Shown here piece by piece: positions 31,338 to 54,600 of a stretch of 64,000 nt of DNA (within the stretch, counting starts at the first letter, position 1; the number at the start of each line of letters is the position of its first letter). The stretch spans positions 992,001 through 1,056,000 of the forward strand of contig JAQGDQ010000021.1 of the NCBI GenBank assembly GCA_030141605.1, read 5' to 3'. The notes under the pieces are model-generated. The model searched no databases, was not told the DNA's origin, and saw only the letters and a list, made by a program, of their open reading frames with translations. This DNA comes from Tubiluchus corallicola (lineage: Eukaryota; Animalia; Priapulida). The position numbers were made by a program, and so were the translations under genes.

Positions 31338-34300
31338 TGATCATATATATCTATATGATCAATACTCAAAATTCTATGGCGTTCTAATTACGGTTGCAAA
31401 TTTTTTTTAAGCGAAACAAATGTATAAATTACACTTTATTATCCTATTTAAGGCATATTATGATCCAATTAAGTGTTTAAACGTATGACACAATTTCACT
31501 CCCCCCCCCACACGTGTTGACTGAAACACATGGAGCTCAATACTTGTGGTGACTGAATGTTTTTTATATAAAAATTACTAATACCGTTGTCGACAATTTT
31601 TCAGCAAAAGTGCTGCCGGCAATTTGCACCTATTGGTCCATGGTTAGGAAAATGTCTTTTGAAGAAGTTAAGATACATAGGGCCTATTTGGCGCAGTTGG
31701 TCGGATGTTGAAGATTTCTATATTATATGATGTTATATTATATATTACAAGCAGCCTATATTATATGATGACGTCACACGTTTTGTACGACATTCTACTG
31801 CAGTTGCTACAGTAACACACCACAAACAGTTTCACTTTGGAACAGTAAAGAATGATCCTAAAAACGACGCGTGTAGTAATCACTCATAAGCATTAGCATC
31901 ATGACTGCATATAAACTGTCACCATATCATTCACTTCGTAGTATGTTTTGTCCGCTGTGACAGTCAAATGACCTTAGACATCCGTTCCGTTTGTCTCCTT
32001 ATTTCACGATTCCCAAGACCTAACAATCATTTTAGTGAATTTTTTTCTAGGGACAGGCAAACAAAAACTTTTAATAACACAATACAGGTCAAAAGTAAAC
32101 AAGACTTTTTTGTGTGCCTATGTACCAAATTTTGTTTGCATAAAAGATTTTTACACATCAAGCTGTTGAAAAGAAACAATGTGTAGAATCTTTGCAATGT
32201 CATGTTAGCGCGATAAAAAAAACCAATGAATGTTGAATTTTGGGACTGCTCAAAGTTCTATGCACAAGATTATGTATGTTAAGCAAGAGCAACAGGTCAG
32301 CCAGTCCTTTAAAAGATTCCTTTGTTACTCACTAATTAAAAACAATTCCATTTGTTTGTTTCATTCTCGAAAAGGAATCTACTTTATTCTGCATTTGTGG
32401 TTTAATGTTGTTTTGTGGGTACAAGTTGTATCTGTAGCTCCTTTTAGGTGTAACTCTTCTGAGGAATCAAAATCTATAAGTGACGAGCCCAATCGTAATC
32501 TCTTAAAAAGGCACTGCTACAGGTAACTGCTTGAAGGTTCTACACGCACATAGGTTATGTACGCTAAGCTAGAGCAACAGGTCAACTTGTAGTTCTTTCG
32601 TTTATACCTTTTACAAATATTAATTTATTGGATGTTGCCTTGACAGTTTTTCTACTCTTACATTGACTTAGTGATATTAGTCCTTGGTGGAAGATCCAAT
32701 GAAATTGCAAATCAGCAATTGTGTCCAAGCTGCTATGGCCACCACACCAAATCTATTTACTTTTCTTAATTGAATAAGTAAGTTTTTTGTGCAGGCACAC
32801 TCGAATCTTTTGAACATTACCAACACCCAATGATCTTCCAGTCTCGTTACTTTGTTATAACCACTTTCAACAATTCGTTATTATCGCAAGAAACGAGGCG
32901 TGTTCAGCGTGAGCAGAGTATTACATTTTTTTTTCGTGGCGTGATTTGGAATCAAGCAATTTCATTATTTACCAGCAGTTCTGCCGCCTGGCGTACACGC
33001 GGCCCACATTCTAGACTGGGTCAACAGAACAAACAATAATTATTACATCCCAACAGAGAACGTCTTTATCAGAAAGCTGGATGCGGATGTGCACGCATAC
33101 GCACTTGCGTGTCAGTGTCGCTTACGTAGCATACTTGCGTGTTTTGTGAGCTTAGTCTAAAAATGTCAGTTGGTGAAAGTCATCTAGACTGACATTGACT
33201 GCATAACAATAATTACCACCACCAGCATGATTTGTGGAAAGAGATTCAGATGTGTTTACTAGACGAAAGACGTTTTTATTACAAAACAATTTGTTTATAC
33301 GCGCAATACATGGGTACATAAGGTACATCAAACTTTCACATGAAAACAATCTCACAGCGTCCAAGTAAACTAATTTAATAAATACCTATAATAATAATAA
33401 TAATTATAGACTTCGCTGATTTCTATAATATAATTACGTTGTTAACACAAGCCCCCATAGAGCTAAGTGGATAATCTACGGATTTTGGCATTTCACAGTA
33501 CTGTATAATTTTATCACGCACCACTTACAGTTTTCATGTCTGCGTGTCCAGTATTACAACTCACGTTTTGTAGTACCAAGAGATTTGGTTGTAAATGAAA
33601 TTAATTTTGTAATTCTGAATAATTATCACCAGGACTTAATTCAAATAAAACTAATTTACTTACAGTAGGAGCAGCAGTAAACAATTTTAGATAGCACTAA
33701 TCATTAATATTCAGCAGTATTTACTACAAAAAGAAAAGAACATTTAGCGACTTAATTCCGATCTACATTGTAAACAAGACAAAGTTTACGGTTTCACATG
33801 ACCAATTAATTTTCGTTAAAATAGGTCGATATTATAAAGTATAATTATAGGCCAAATTTTCACGGCTTGAAAGTGACACTGTACTGCAAAATCTACACTT
33901 AATTACGAAAAGCACAAAGCAATTAATGTTAATTAAGGGGCTGCATTAAATCTAAAGTCTAATAAATAGCTTTGGATTCCCTGTAGCTAATTTATAGCTC
34001 GACACTGTAATTCCATTATCTCACTTTCTACATGTAATATTACATAGAACGCAGTTGTGAAATAGACATAAAATAAACTTAAAATAGGCCTAACCTTAAT
34101 TGAAGAAGTATTTTTGTGGAGAGAAACAAAGTCTGATAATTTGGATTATTTAAACTATCTACAGTAGGCAGTATTGTTTATTTCTATGCGGACAGATTCG
34201 GATATCGCTGAAAGCAGAGAGTACAAAACACAAAGCATTTACTAAAAAAATGGTTTCTCAGCCTCTTGTCAAGTGCATTTACACAGAAAAACCTCAAAGA

Positions 34301-34345
34301 ATAGGGCAGCCACATCTAACAAACAATTAGGAACGACAATGACGT

Positions 34346-42173
<7,828 letters not shown>

Positions 42174-43507
42174 TCTAGAAATAGATTCACAACAGTTTAA
42201 ATTAGTATCAACTATCAAATCGAACACAGGATTAGGTCGAATCCGTCCTCTCTGCTGAGCGCTTTGTTTTTTTCCACAAGTCTATAATCCAATTATCCGC
42301 GAAAAGTAGGTTACAAATCCAGTTTTTTGTAATTTTGCTTTGCGGCACAATTAACTTATATATTCTGTTTCGCGAATAACTATATATATATATATGTACT
42401 GTAATAAATATGAAAAAACACTTTTAGATGCAAGTGGGCCTTACCTCATAATTAGCGCTGCACGCTGCGATAACTACCTTCCTACTGTTTGTAATAGATC
42501 AGAAATTGACAAATCTAACATTTATAGGTCCTCTACACTTCAGTGCCTCCTTATTGAATTATATACATTGACTATCGGGGGCGGATATCTCACGGAACGG
42601 GGACTTAAAGACGTATCGAAAAATTCTATAGACATTTGTTGGCTATAAGTCGAGTAATTACTTTCACATCTTCTAGTACAGGAAATAATTTGCATATAAA
42701 GTAAATAATTTAATAAATGATCGAGTGAAGTAGGGCACATGTGACGTTTTAGCTTGAGTTACGCGTGTGAAGTTCTAACGCCCAGTCCTAGTTTTTAGAT
42801 TCGCTCTTTAAACAGGTGAGCATAACAGGACCATTGACGAAGTGGGCTTGCATAGTTCAGGTGATAATAATACCTGTGCGCGATTGTGAAACAATGCTAG
42901 TCATTGACAGGTAAATTTTTGCTCACCTTGACATAAACAGATAAAAATTTATCCGATAACTATGGACAGTAATGAAAGAGATTATGTAAGTCATATATCC
43001 GTCACTGTTAACCTTTACGAAGCGACACTAATGGGGGAAAACTAGCACTAAAATCGGGACAAACTGATAATTTTATTACTGTAATTATTATCATGGTAAT
43101 TGCCATTACTATTAAGAATTCAAAACTGTAATAAAACCGAAAGTTTTAATTAAAAAATACGAGTTTTGTGTTAGTATATAAAGTTTGAAACCTGCTTTGA
43201 ATGATAAACGAAAGTTAATGTTATTTATAGGTGATAGTTATCAGCAAACTGATAATTATTATGCATAAGAATGCATTATTATGAATCTTAATAGCAAGAA
43301 ACGTAAAATGGATAAAGAAATGCAAACTTTTTAATACTTTATTTGTTATAAAAGAATATGTTTCTTTTTAACTTTTAGTACGTTCAGTATTTATTGTTCG
43401 GCTCGTTGATCATTAAGATGCTTCATAAATATTTGGAATTCACTGTCAGTTGAAATTTTTTAACGCTGGTAATCTCAGACACTTCGTTGCTAAAGGGGAA
43501 CAAAAGA

Positions 43508-43698
43508 GAATTTTAAAGTGCACCCGAGAAAAGTTTCAAAACAACAAAGTTATATAACTAAGCATTACAAGTACTTGTTTGAAACACTTATGTAATTAGA
43601 AGGGAATTTTAAAGTACACCCGAGAAGAGTCTCCCTACAAATTATATTACTAAGCATTACATGTACTTGTTTGAAAGACTAATGTAATTAGAAAGGAA
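43508..43698. repeat. ~96-bp tandem duplication (2 diverged copies)
   Basis: gaattttaaagt.cacccgagaa...taagcattaca.gtacttgtttgaaa...tgtaattagaa occurs twice. Confidence 0.9.
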
Positions 43699-45713
43699 AA
43701 TTCTTATTAATTTCAAATGTACGCATCAACTGGTAAAACGTCTCTTTTTTCAATTTTAATTTTATTTCAGACATGAAAATGTCCATAATGTTAGTTGGGC
43801 ACAAGAAATGATAAAAGATAAATGACAGTTAGTAAATATATTCGTAACTAATTAATAAATTAAAAAAATTCTGCACGTAGATGAAGCATGACGTCTCTGT
43901 ATTATCATCCAAGTATGCATCATTGGCTCTCTAAAAAAACACATTATTAAACTTATTGACAAAATGAAGTAATTTATACTTTTGCTTAGTTAGTGAAGAG
44001 TGAGATCCAGATGCTCTGATTATTTTTTCAAACTTTACGCAATATTATTTAAACTTGTTTGATTCCACTTAACGTTAAAATGACTGCGCCTAACGGTCAT
44101 CGCGGGAGTTGTACGGTGTTATTGCCTTGTGCGCAATAAGATAGCAAGTAAGTAACACAAAATTTCAAGACATTTTATGAAGCTTCATTTATGAAAAATA
44201 TTGTTTTGTTCTTTAACTAGTTTTAATTTACATAGCGTTTGTCATTTCGTTGGAAAATTTCAGCAAAGTAACAGTAAACACATCCCCGTGAGCACCATTT
44301 GCCCAGATATCGCAAAGGTAAATAATAAATAAATAAATAAAATAAATAAACACATTACGCACAATTATTGCTTGACTTTTAAAAATGTGTATATTTTAAT
44401 TGTTGCGAAACTGACGAGATCTTATTTTCTGTAGGAGCAAAGAAGATTTAAGACTAATACTTCTGTCACTTATCTAACATACAGCGTAAAGACGGTAGCT
44501 CTTTCAAACTTTTTGCAGTTTCCAAAGTTTAAATCAACACGTTGAAGCTTACATATTGCTAATCCTATTTTAATTTATAACAGTAAGGTACTGATCCAAT
44601 TTGAACTTTTTCAGGAAATTATAAAACACGTTTGTGGCACGATTATTTTAAGGTTTTTGCTCTGAATGCCTTCATTATAAAATGTTTTTATCTGTCAAGT
44701 CGCCATTTTTTGCCGACATGCCTTTGCAACTCGTATGTACCTTTATCCAAAAACAAACAACTGCACAAATAAAAAATGTAGTTTGACCGTGGGAGTACTC
44801 GCCATCCTCACGCGATGACCGTTTAAATAAAAAAAAGCGCAAAAAATTGCCAAGCATAAAAGTTTAAATTACTAAATAAACAACGCTGCGTTTATAGTAA
44901 TGAATATGGCGATTTGCATGAACGTTTTAATTAGCCGTTTGTCCTTGTTTTGCGGTAGAGAAGCTACGTGAAATTATGTAATTAAGGTGCTCAGGTGCAA
45001 CCAGCTTTGCGCATGTCTTACCTGTGTAATGGTGGCTGGAAAGTGGGTAACTTTCAGCTTTCTTATCTATGCACTGAGCCGCTAATTAAGCTTAGGCCAA
45101 AATAATGAGGCAGACGAAAGTGAGAGTAATGAGTGAGAGAAATTCGTGGATTAAGGTCACTCAATGGCTAAGCGAACTTGCTTAACAAAATAGTGTTCTT
45201 CAAAAGCGTCAAAAGCGCGCGCATCTCATATGTTTAAATTCCGTGAAATAACATAATTTATAGGCCATTCGATACATTCATGTTGTCAAAACTGCATGCT
45301 AAGCATCCGACAAAGAGATCAATTGGGTCTTGTACAGTTTTCCTTGGGTTGCTAAATCTAATTAAAAACATGTTCCTCTAAAAACAATATTCTAATGTGA
45401 GACAGTGTGTGAAACGGCTTAGTTTTGTCACGAAATTGTCATTTGCTTATAGAATGGCATCTTTGAAAATATTGAACAACGACTCAAATCCATCAACCAT
45501 TTCAAATAGGCTAGTTGAATTCCAGCGCATGTAAGATTATTAATTTTGTCATGAATAGATGCAGTATTATTAGCTGCATAACGTAGCACTTTGCAAATTT
45601 TATTTTTAGATTGAGAAACTTTTAAGTGGCACTTGTTCCTTCATTAAAAATAGGTTATGGACGAATAGTTTCATTCTATGCAGAAGAAAACATCTTGGAC
45701 TACATAACAATGA

Positions 45714-45820
45714 CGTTGTTGTTGTTGATGTCGTTGATGTTTTTATTATTGTTGTTGCTGTTGTTGTTGTTGTTGACGTTGTGGCTGTGGTTGTCATCGC
45801 TGTCGTCACTGTTGTTATCA
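45714..45820. repeat. Degenerate (TTG)n repeat
   Basis: Direct reading. Confidence 0.85.
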
Positions 45821-47333
45821 TTCATTTCCTTCTGCTATACACGCAAAAGCTCTAATTAACTAAGCTCCACAGGAGTTTAAGCTCAAAAATCTGCAATTCG
45901 GGGCACTGGAGCCATTCTTTCCATCTAAGCGATCACGTTCTGGGTTATTAAGTGAGAAACATTTGCGCGAAGTTAACATGAATCATTAATTCGACGAAAA
46001 GTACAAATTTAAATGCCACTTAATATAATATTGATTCGGTTGGACAGGACTAATCGATGTGTAAACTGTATTGCATTATTACAAACTACAGCAAAACTAA
46101 CTTGACTGCCGTAATAAAATAAATAATTTGAACAGTAAGTTCAAGAGCCATAAAAGTAGTGAAAGCGGCTGGTAACACTTTCACTAAATGTCCATTACAC
46201 CAACGTGAAAAACAGTGGTTTATTAGAGTGACCTATATCTTACAGCCAGTCACAGATATAAATTTATTATTATTCAATGAGAAAAAAGTTGACATGTATG
46301 TTGTCTGGGCTTCAAATGGATCAGTAGCACAATGTCGAGCAATTTGAAAAATGTGAATTACAAATTAGTTGTATTAAATTTGAATTATTTTTTTATAATT
46401 ATAATATGAAAATATTTTTTATAATGTTCATCTTTCATTTTATATAAGCAACGTGTGTAAGAATAATAACTTACTGTAGACCGATTGGTGATAATTTTGG
46501 CAAGGGTCTAACTCTGCGTATTTTACTCTTTAAAATACCGGAAAAACAAAAAATACTATGCCCACTGGGGAACTGAAAAACCCTGATTGTTACGCACAAA
46601 AAAACCGAAAAACTAACCCTGTTAAACTCAAGTTTCTCCCCGAATGCCATGTGGCTTGAATGGAGCCAATATAGTAGAAAAAAATAGTAGGAATAATTAA
46701 TTTTTCGGTTCGTTTGTTTGCTTATTTCTTCAATCGTTCATTTAATCCGTCTTTCTTTCACTTTCCATTTGTCATTCATCAATTTGTTCATTCTTTTTTC
46801 ATATCTGCAATTAATTAATTAATTTGTTTATTCATTCATTCATTTATTCATTAATTTGTTATTTTTTCATTCACTTATACATTCGTTCATTCATGCTTTC
46901 ATGCATTTGTTCATCATTTATACAATCAGTCGTTTCTTTATTTAAATTTTTATCTCGAAAAAACAAGTTCGTAGACTCTGGCTCAAAAATAACAGTAAAA
47001 ATTAAATTAAAAACAAGGTAATTAAAGTAAGGCTTTGGGCGCTCAGTTGTGCCTAGTTGCAAGATATCTTATTGTATTAGTGCTAACCCACGGCGAAGTG
47101 ACGTCCAAGTCCGGACCGTCCCTTGGCTGGCAGTCTAATAAATACTAAACATAACAATCATTTAAGTTATGAATTAATAAAGTTGTACAATATGTTAGCC
47201 CAGTGATCGGGTGTTAGTATTTTATACTTTGATCATCGACCGTTTGGCGATATTTCTTTATGGCTATTGCAAGAACCTCATTCAGTCAATCAATTTTCAA
47301 CTCAACCTTGCGGGAAGTTTTACAACCAGCAAG

Positions 47334-47466
47334 AATTTCTCTAATTAGTTTATCATTGTCTACATTGTTTGTTTATAACAATTTATTACTGGTATTCTTA
47401 ATTTCTCTAATTATTTTATAATTGTCTACATTGCCTGTTTATGACAATTTATTACTGGTGTTCTTA
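47334..47466. repeat. 67-bp tandem duplication
   Basis: aatttctctaatta...ttgtctacattg...acaatttattactggt.ttctta occurs twice. Confidence 0.9.
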
Positions 47467-48400
47467 GATATAGATACTATAAACAAATTAAGTTCGTAAC
47501 GTGAAGACATCAAACAATAATGTCCAATCAATCAGTACCTTTGCAATTATGTTAATTACTTTTTACTGGCCCTGTAGCTGATTAGTCCAATAATTATTAT
47601 TATTAATATTAACAATAGAATGCATATTTCATGAAGCATCCAAGTGCGTCTGTTTTGTCTACACAAGGTTTGTGCATCAGTGTGAATTTCCTTAAAGATT
47701 TTGGAACTTTCCATAAAACCTTTTTCTCATTTGGACTTAGGATTACCGTGCTTCAGGGTTTAAATGAGTCGCATTAATTTGGAAAACAGCTGCACGATTA
47801 CTCCACCACCACTAAATAAAGCAGCGTCTTATTTGTCAGTTCACCTTACACATAATTTCTTTTTTGATGAGCCATTTCGTACGTGACCTCAATATTGTTT
47901 GCACCCACCCACTGTTCGTGTCGTTGATGCCCACAAGTGTAATTCTACTTTTCCCAAACCACTCGGAAATATGTGCAGTACGCTGAGCCATTATCACGGC
48001 GAATTATATTTAGGCTAAACAGTAAAGGTGGTTTGTCGTTTGAATCAAGGCCCCTGCAAAAGGCATCTTTTGAAGGAACCTTGGTATGAATTATACCCAA
48101 ACACTATGTCAAAAGAATATAATAATTTAAATTAAGACTTTGAGTCACATCACCTAAGACAAGATGAGATCGATTGTGCTGCCATCGCACAACACTTTAT
48201 AGGAACATCATGCATCTGATACAATAATGTGTAGGAACTGAATGGCAAAGTTTTTGGTACAACGAACAATTTCAGGCTCGGAATTAATAGAAATATAAAA
48301 AAATAATCTAATTAATTGAAATCACTCTATTGTAAGTGATCTAACATTAGAAATGCTGAATTTGGTTGGTCAACCATAATGGTTGAACTTGATCATTAAA

Positions 48401-48450
48401 GGTAACGGTGGCCTAGTGGTCTAACACACGGTCCCTAGTTCAAATCCGTA
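48401..48450 (+). other. tRNA-derived (SINE-like) head with Pol III A and B boxes; not an intact tRNA
   Basis: A box TGGCCTAGTGG at 48409-48419 and B box GTTCAAATCC at 48438-48447; the spacing is too short for an anticodon arm. Confidence 0.5.
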
Positions 48451-49453
48451 CTGTAATCTACTTTCTCACATTCCCCGTCTTTAAGTATGGCATCAAAATT
48501 TTATTATGGGCTTGTATCTTCATTAATAACAGTCTTAACATTAAGATTATAATAATTAATTAAGACAGCGAATTTTAAGCACAACAAGAATTTGACAAAG
48601 ATTATTATAAAACGATTTTGAATTCACGAAAAGCAACAAAACAATTTAGACGCTCCTAACCGTTTCATGGTCGGCGAGAATTATCTGATAGGGCTGCCTG
48701 CAGTAAAGCGAATATCAGGGTTCTGTGAACTCGATTTTACCTGTCAGTCCTATCATCAGTCATATCAGGAAAATTACCAATAATGTGGCCAAGGACAAGG
48801 CTATAAACTGTCAGACACTTTCGGGTTCACGTTTCCTCTGAACTTTCTTCACGTTTGTAACCAATGCTCACTGCACATGTAAGCAGAGGCCTGCGTCTAG
48901 ATCAAATGAAGTTCACCTTGCAAGAAAGAGACCACCTCTGATGAGGCAAATTCGTGACCGAGTCGGCTATTTATAGATTAGATTAAACTTAAATTCATTT
49001 AAGTCCATGCCTTTAGTTGGCCGGTAAAGTAAGCTTACACAATTTAAAATTGGCCATTGTAAATAGACTTTCGAGAGGTTGCCATTTCCACAATCAAAAT
49101 AACATGTCTAAAGCAACTAGTTAACACATTATAAACTCACTTTAAATACGCTTCCCTTAGTGTAGAAGTGGAACGAAAATTGTGTTGTTCGCGTACAGCG
49201 CTTCAGCGTTATTAAGGGAGAAAACTAAAGCAGCCAGTTTTCCACCAAAACCTACGTATTTAGAGATAAAAATTATATTATTCGTATGACATTTTTTACA
49301 CCGAGTCGTGATCGCTGTAGTTGGCAGAAATCGCTTGAATAGTACATAATGAATGTTGTGAGTGAGAGAGAAAGAAAGAGGGAGAGAAAAAGCAAGAGAG
49401 AAAGCGGGAAAGCAAGAGGGAGAGAGACAGAGAGAGAGAGGAGATATGGAGAA

Positions 49454-49457
<4 letters not shown>

Positions 49458-49528
<71 letters not shown>
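49458..49528. repeat. (GA)n microsatellite with purine-rich flank from ~49363
   Basis: Direct reading. Confidence 0.98.
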
Positions 49529-49532
<4 letters not shown>

Positions 49533-50212
49533 AAAGAGAGTAAATGTGCATGTATTCTAGAAAAAAAGCATGATAATATTCTATATAATATGCAATAATA
49601 TTATATATTATAATTCGCAGAAGCAATCCATTTAATCACAGCTAATACACAAATTTAATGAAGTAATTAGCAATTAATATGCAAATTAAAAACCCAACAT
49701 GAGGAGTAATTTATCAGTTTTCTTTATTAACCTACAATAATAAATTACATGTAGATTTCTGCACTTTTTGACAACAATAAACTTTACAACATATAAGTGC
49801 CATGTTCATAATTTTTAAATAATAATCTGCATTAGGCATTCAATTTTCTCCCATCACTCAAATAAAATAATTATACAGCTAAAATGACATTGATAGACTC
49901 TGTAGAGAAATATGTTAAACAGCAGACAAAATATAATTATGCCAGAAAAAATTTCCGTTTGAAAATTCATTTACATTTTGTCAAGTAAAACGGACTGACA
50001 GGTATAATTAACATTTTTCCATGTAACTAGAAGTGATGAAAGCTCCAAAATTATTATCAATCAGTCGATATACCTTAATAAAAAAATCCCTACTTGCACT
50101 ACTACCATAATTCACAATAAGCAGTTGTTTTGGCCTATACTATGACAATACCAGCATGTTCATTTTCTCTTGCTCTAAACATCCATTGTAGGTATTGAGC
50201 CTCCATCCTTTA

Positions 50213-50332
50213 TTAGAGTACTCCACTGCCTGGAGGTTGTTTCGCAGGCAATCCCGTTAAATGTCCTACCGCTCTTAACCTTCTGATTCTGATTTTAGTG
50301 CTCCAAAGTTCCTCTTTAGTTTTCTTATACAG
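50213..50332 (-). mobile_element. Degenerate non-LTR retrotransposon (RTE-like) ORF2 C-terminal fragment
   Basis: Minus strand reads LYKKTKEELWSTKIRIRRLRAVGHLTGLP, resembling the post-RT motif I-x-x-R-R-L-R-W-x-G-H-x-x-R of RTE-clade elements. Confidence 0.55.
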
Positions 50333-50910
50333 CTACTCATTTGAAATGATATAAGGCCATTTTATTTTTAAATTTTGACAAAAAACAAAACTTTCAACAG
50401 TGCTCTTTAGACTTTTTATAAAGATCAAAATTTGAACAAATACTTTCGGCTTCCAGGTACTGCAGCTTTTGCTAGACATCTAATTATTTATTAATCATTT
50501 CTGTTTAACAAGCAAAAAATCAGCCAAAATTATAAAACAATGGCAACTGTTTTCAATTGCCCACTGGCTAAAATACATTTAAATGAACAAATTACTACAG
50601 TTTTAACAGGGAAATTAGTCAAGGAGGCAGAGAATGAAATTGTTAAATTAAGAGAGGTAGCTGTTTACAATTTATTAATTAGATCATGAATTTATTAGAT
50701 AAATTCTTTACAATTTAAATGTGTTCTAATGTTTTTAATAAATATTAATATAACATCATCACATTAAAAACTAGATTATGAATTGTCACTACAAATTAGA
50801 GTCAGATGAGTGCAAGCCATCCATTACAAATGAAGTTTCACAGTTTATCCAATCTATGCCAATTCATTACTTTTTGCAAGAAAATTTTATTTTTAAAATA
50901 AAATACTCAA

Positions 50911-51223
50911 GGTGCATTCAGACTAATGAGTTTTCTTGCCAAGCTAACTCACAATCATGTTCAGACTAGAAAGTAAGACTTGCTGCGAGTTACTCTCCGA
51001 CAATAAGCGTGAGCTGATATTCCTTTCTCTAATCACTGCGAGAAGTGTTGAGAGTAACTCGCCAAGGCGTTTACACCTAAACAGTAACTAGCAGGAAATC
51101 AACTTGCAACTGTCGCAGAGTTTGCAGTAACTTTTCATTAGTAAGTTGCCAAGCAGTTCACATTTGCGAGTTTACTGTCCCAGAAAAAATTCGCGACAGA
51201 AAACTCGCTAGTCTAAATGTGCC
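50911..51223. mobile_element. Complete MITE (313 bp), Harbinger-like
   Basis: 24-bp imperfect TIRs ggtgcattcagactaatgagtttt / aaaactcgctagtctaaatgtgcc; related fragments near 9.9-10.1 kb and 16.7-17.1 kb. Superfamily assignment is inferred. Confidence 0.75.
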
Positions 51224-51678
51224 GTTACAGTAAACCTACACTAGACAGAAAAGTTTTACAATGTTTTTATTGTGATGGCTAAAGACAAAAAGTAACAAAC
51301 CATTCAGGAATTAGGTAATACTAGTTTGGTCACTAGTAGCATTTTACCTTGTTAACGCTCAACCCTACCTTTACATGAATATGTCTTTCACAAACGTCAA
51401 AGAGAGCAGTTTCATTTGGAATGTTAATAAACTACATTGCTACTACAACATCGGTGGGATTTGCTGGTAACAATGAAATAATGAAGTAACTTAGTAACTT
51501 TTAGAAACAGTTTTGATACTGAACAACATCTCATGACCAGCAGATATGTTTTAAATTACTTCAATACACGTTGCAATCGACACAGTCAGCAGCAGTGATA
51601 ACACATTCGACACATTTCTCAAGTTTGACTTAAATTTTCTGGATAATAATTACAATATCAAACGTGAACAAGTAACAG

Positions 51679-54600
51679 TTAATTTTCCTGCATTTGAAGC
51701 AATGCACCAATAGTGGCTTCTTTATTTCCACCAGCTGACTCCAATACGGATTTAACCACTTCGATATCCATATCTGGAAACATCTCCAATACCTAAGAAA
51801 CAAATTACCTTCTTCAATGAAGTTGAAGACATCCTTGCGTACAGTAGGTATGGTTAATTCAAAATAACAATAAAAGACACCTTTCAACTTTATTTTAGAG
51901 TAAAACGAAAGCTTGCTTTCAATGACTATACTTATATGTCTTTTTGTCTTGTTACCTGATTCACATCTTCCTCTGTTGCAGTATACTCTTGACACGTCTG
52001 TCTTGCCGGCTGCTGCTGCTGCTGCGGCTGAGCTCCAGATGCGGCGTAAGCAGGACCAACCGGCACCATTTCTAAATCAAGAAAAATGTATTACAACGAT
52101 TGAGAAATAAAGTTGGGAGCCTTCGCAGAAATGCTTTTCTAAGTGGTACCTGTTACACGTACATGTTACTGGTGATGTCAGATACTGTGTTTTTCTCAAT
52201 TCGTCCCGAATCTGATATGTAGTTATTCACCTATTTTATCTCTATCTGATTATTGCAGGATAATGATAATGATTCACACTATTTCTGTTCAGTCTGTTAA
52301 CTTAGTGGTTACAGCGTGTGGTTTGTGATGGAAGTCAGTCCTCACTGATGAAAGTTGGTCAGTGAGTTCACAACAACCCAGGTTCAAAAGTCGCTCTGGG
52401 CTGCTTTCTTCTCCGTACTAAATTATACTAAATAACCAAAAGTGGATATGATATTTCTGCAAGTTTTGTGAATCATCTTAGGGGGTAAGCTCAATGAACC
52501 ACTAGCAATCATAGTGATAGTTACAAAACTATGAAAATAGTTTACTTTATTACATTTGAATATAATTCATTGTGTTAATTAATTTCAGATTTTAGTTGAC
52601 GAAAGATTGTGGAAACGCAGGAAATATTTGAGTTTTCAATAACTGCTTGAGTGGCAAAGATGCCAGAGTTTTAGTAGAGTTGACATACGAATAGCAATAA
52701 AAAAGCTTTCTACATAAACGTTGGGCATTTTATTTTCTTGGATATAACAAAATTGGACAATATATTTTAATATTTAATATTAATGACTTGGAGAATCGGA
52801 TAATTATATTATGTACAAACAACACTACACATCACTTGTTAGAAATATTGTCAATTTGAAGCACAATACTCACGAGGACCAAGAGCGTATCCGGGGCCAT
52901 AAAATGCTGGTGCTGGATTCATGATCATTACTGGCTGTGGAAACACAACAGGCGCTGCATTGACAACCTTGAATAAAACAAAGGAGCACAGATCACCATT
53001 ATTTCTAACATGTTTTGTAGAAAGCTGGCACAGCTTAGTCACCAGAGCATCCCAGATAAAATCTTTATTACACATCAAACGCAAAATCGTTTTTAGAATG
53101 TCTTAACCTTTAAAGTTTTAACAAAGATTCTATTTACAACTCTATGATAATATTTTGCAGGGGTGAGGTTCACCTTGTTTTCTGTTCAAACTTTCACTTA
53201 CTCAAGGATACAGATTATGAGGCCTGTATGTTATTTCAAAGTCACTGTAAACACTCCATAAATCAAAATGTAATAGTCTTACCTGCATGAAATTCACAAA
53301 TTCCACTTTCTGATTGACTTATATTGAAATACTTACCTATTTCACATGTGCAAAATCAATAAATAAAAGTGCTGCATTCTGAATGCTTGAGTTCAGTTGT
53401 TGCTGAGATGGTTTAAACATCAAACAGGACAAACTTGCTCCCGTCCTCCCAGGACTTGTTATCCAACTTTTTAGGAGTCAATGTCAGAGACTGGCATCCT
53501 TCAAGGGTACGTTGCTCTTTATGTTTTGTGTTTAGCCACATACTTGTTCAATTCGATAATAAAGCTGCATTCACATTTACAAAACGTTGGCAGTTTGAAG
53601 ATTTGTTGAAAGTTTACTCTTTTATTTAATGATCAGTAGGTTACTCAAGCACTTTAGTTAGGTCTCATGCTGCTCTTAAAAGCTTGGTTTGGTTGTCTAT
53701 TTTCAAGATGTGTCATTCTAACCAAGGCCTCTCACTCACTGACAGTACAGGTTCAATAACCCATGGGTTATTGCAACTACCCCGGTGGTTAGAATCCGTA
53801 GACAGAGCAGCATCATAGTATTTTGCAGATTTATGATGAAAACACTTCTGGGAAACTGTGATATCAGAATTCAGTTTCGACTGACTTTTTTACATACGTG
53901 TTTTGAGGGACTGCAACGATATATAGTTATCTTGCTTCAATCAAGATTTATGCAGTTATCTTATTTTTGACATTGCAAAGTTGACAGACAATTTGCCAAA
54001 CAGGTTGCCTCTATTAATCATTTGGTGGTAAATTGGTGACCTCAAGGCAAATAAATTACAATATTACTTGGATCTATGCCAAAAGTAATGTTTTTAATGA
54101 AAATAACACAAATATGCATGAAAAACAGAAGTCAACGAGTGGTTCTATTAGTAACCACCTATAACACATGCTCTGACACATACATGTGTTATCTGTTCCT
54201 TTTCACCGCATTACAATACAACAGAGTTTCATTTATTATACATATTTTACTAGTACTTAGCATGCTTACAGTATGTGTGAAAACTAAATTGATCATTCCT
54301 TCCTTGTCGTCCCCTTGCTTTCCGTTCAATGTGTGCCAGTCATCTGACGTCTCACCCTGACATACTGTTTCTGGAATGGTGACATGTGCCCACGCTATCC
54401 TGTCATCCATTGTGAAGGTTTTCTGGAAAAAAATAACATCATCAACTAGTCTGGTACTTCTTGTTACTTTTACAATGCAGTATTACTAGATGCAAGAATG
54501 ACTATTAAAATTTTCAAGAATATATTTATAAGAATATTAATTTTAAATATCAGACTCTCAAAAATCACATGTTCAGAAATTATAAAATAACTGCAGACAG

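Noticed and set aside
48401-48450. tRNA gene
   Set aside because: Only A and B boxes are present, with no anticodon arm or acceptor stem; kept as a SINE-like head.
48930-48970. Possible hammerhead ribozyme core (ctgatgaggc...), also ctgaagaagcc near 12325
   Set aside because: The downstream GAAA and closing stems are missing; at best decayed retroelement remnants.
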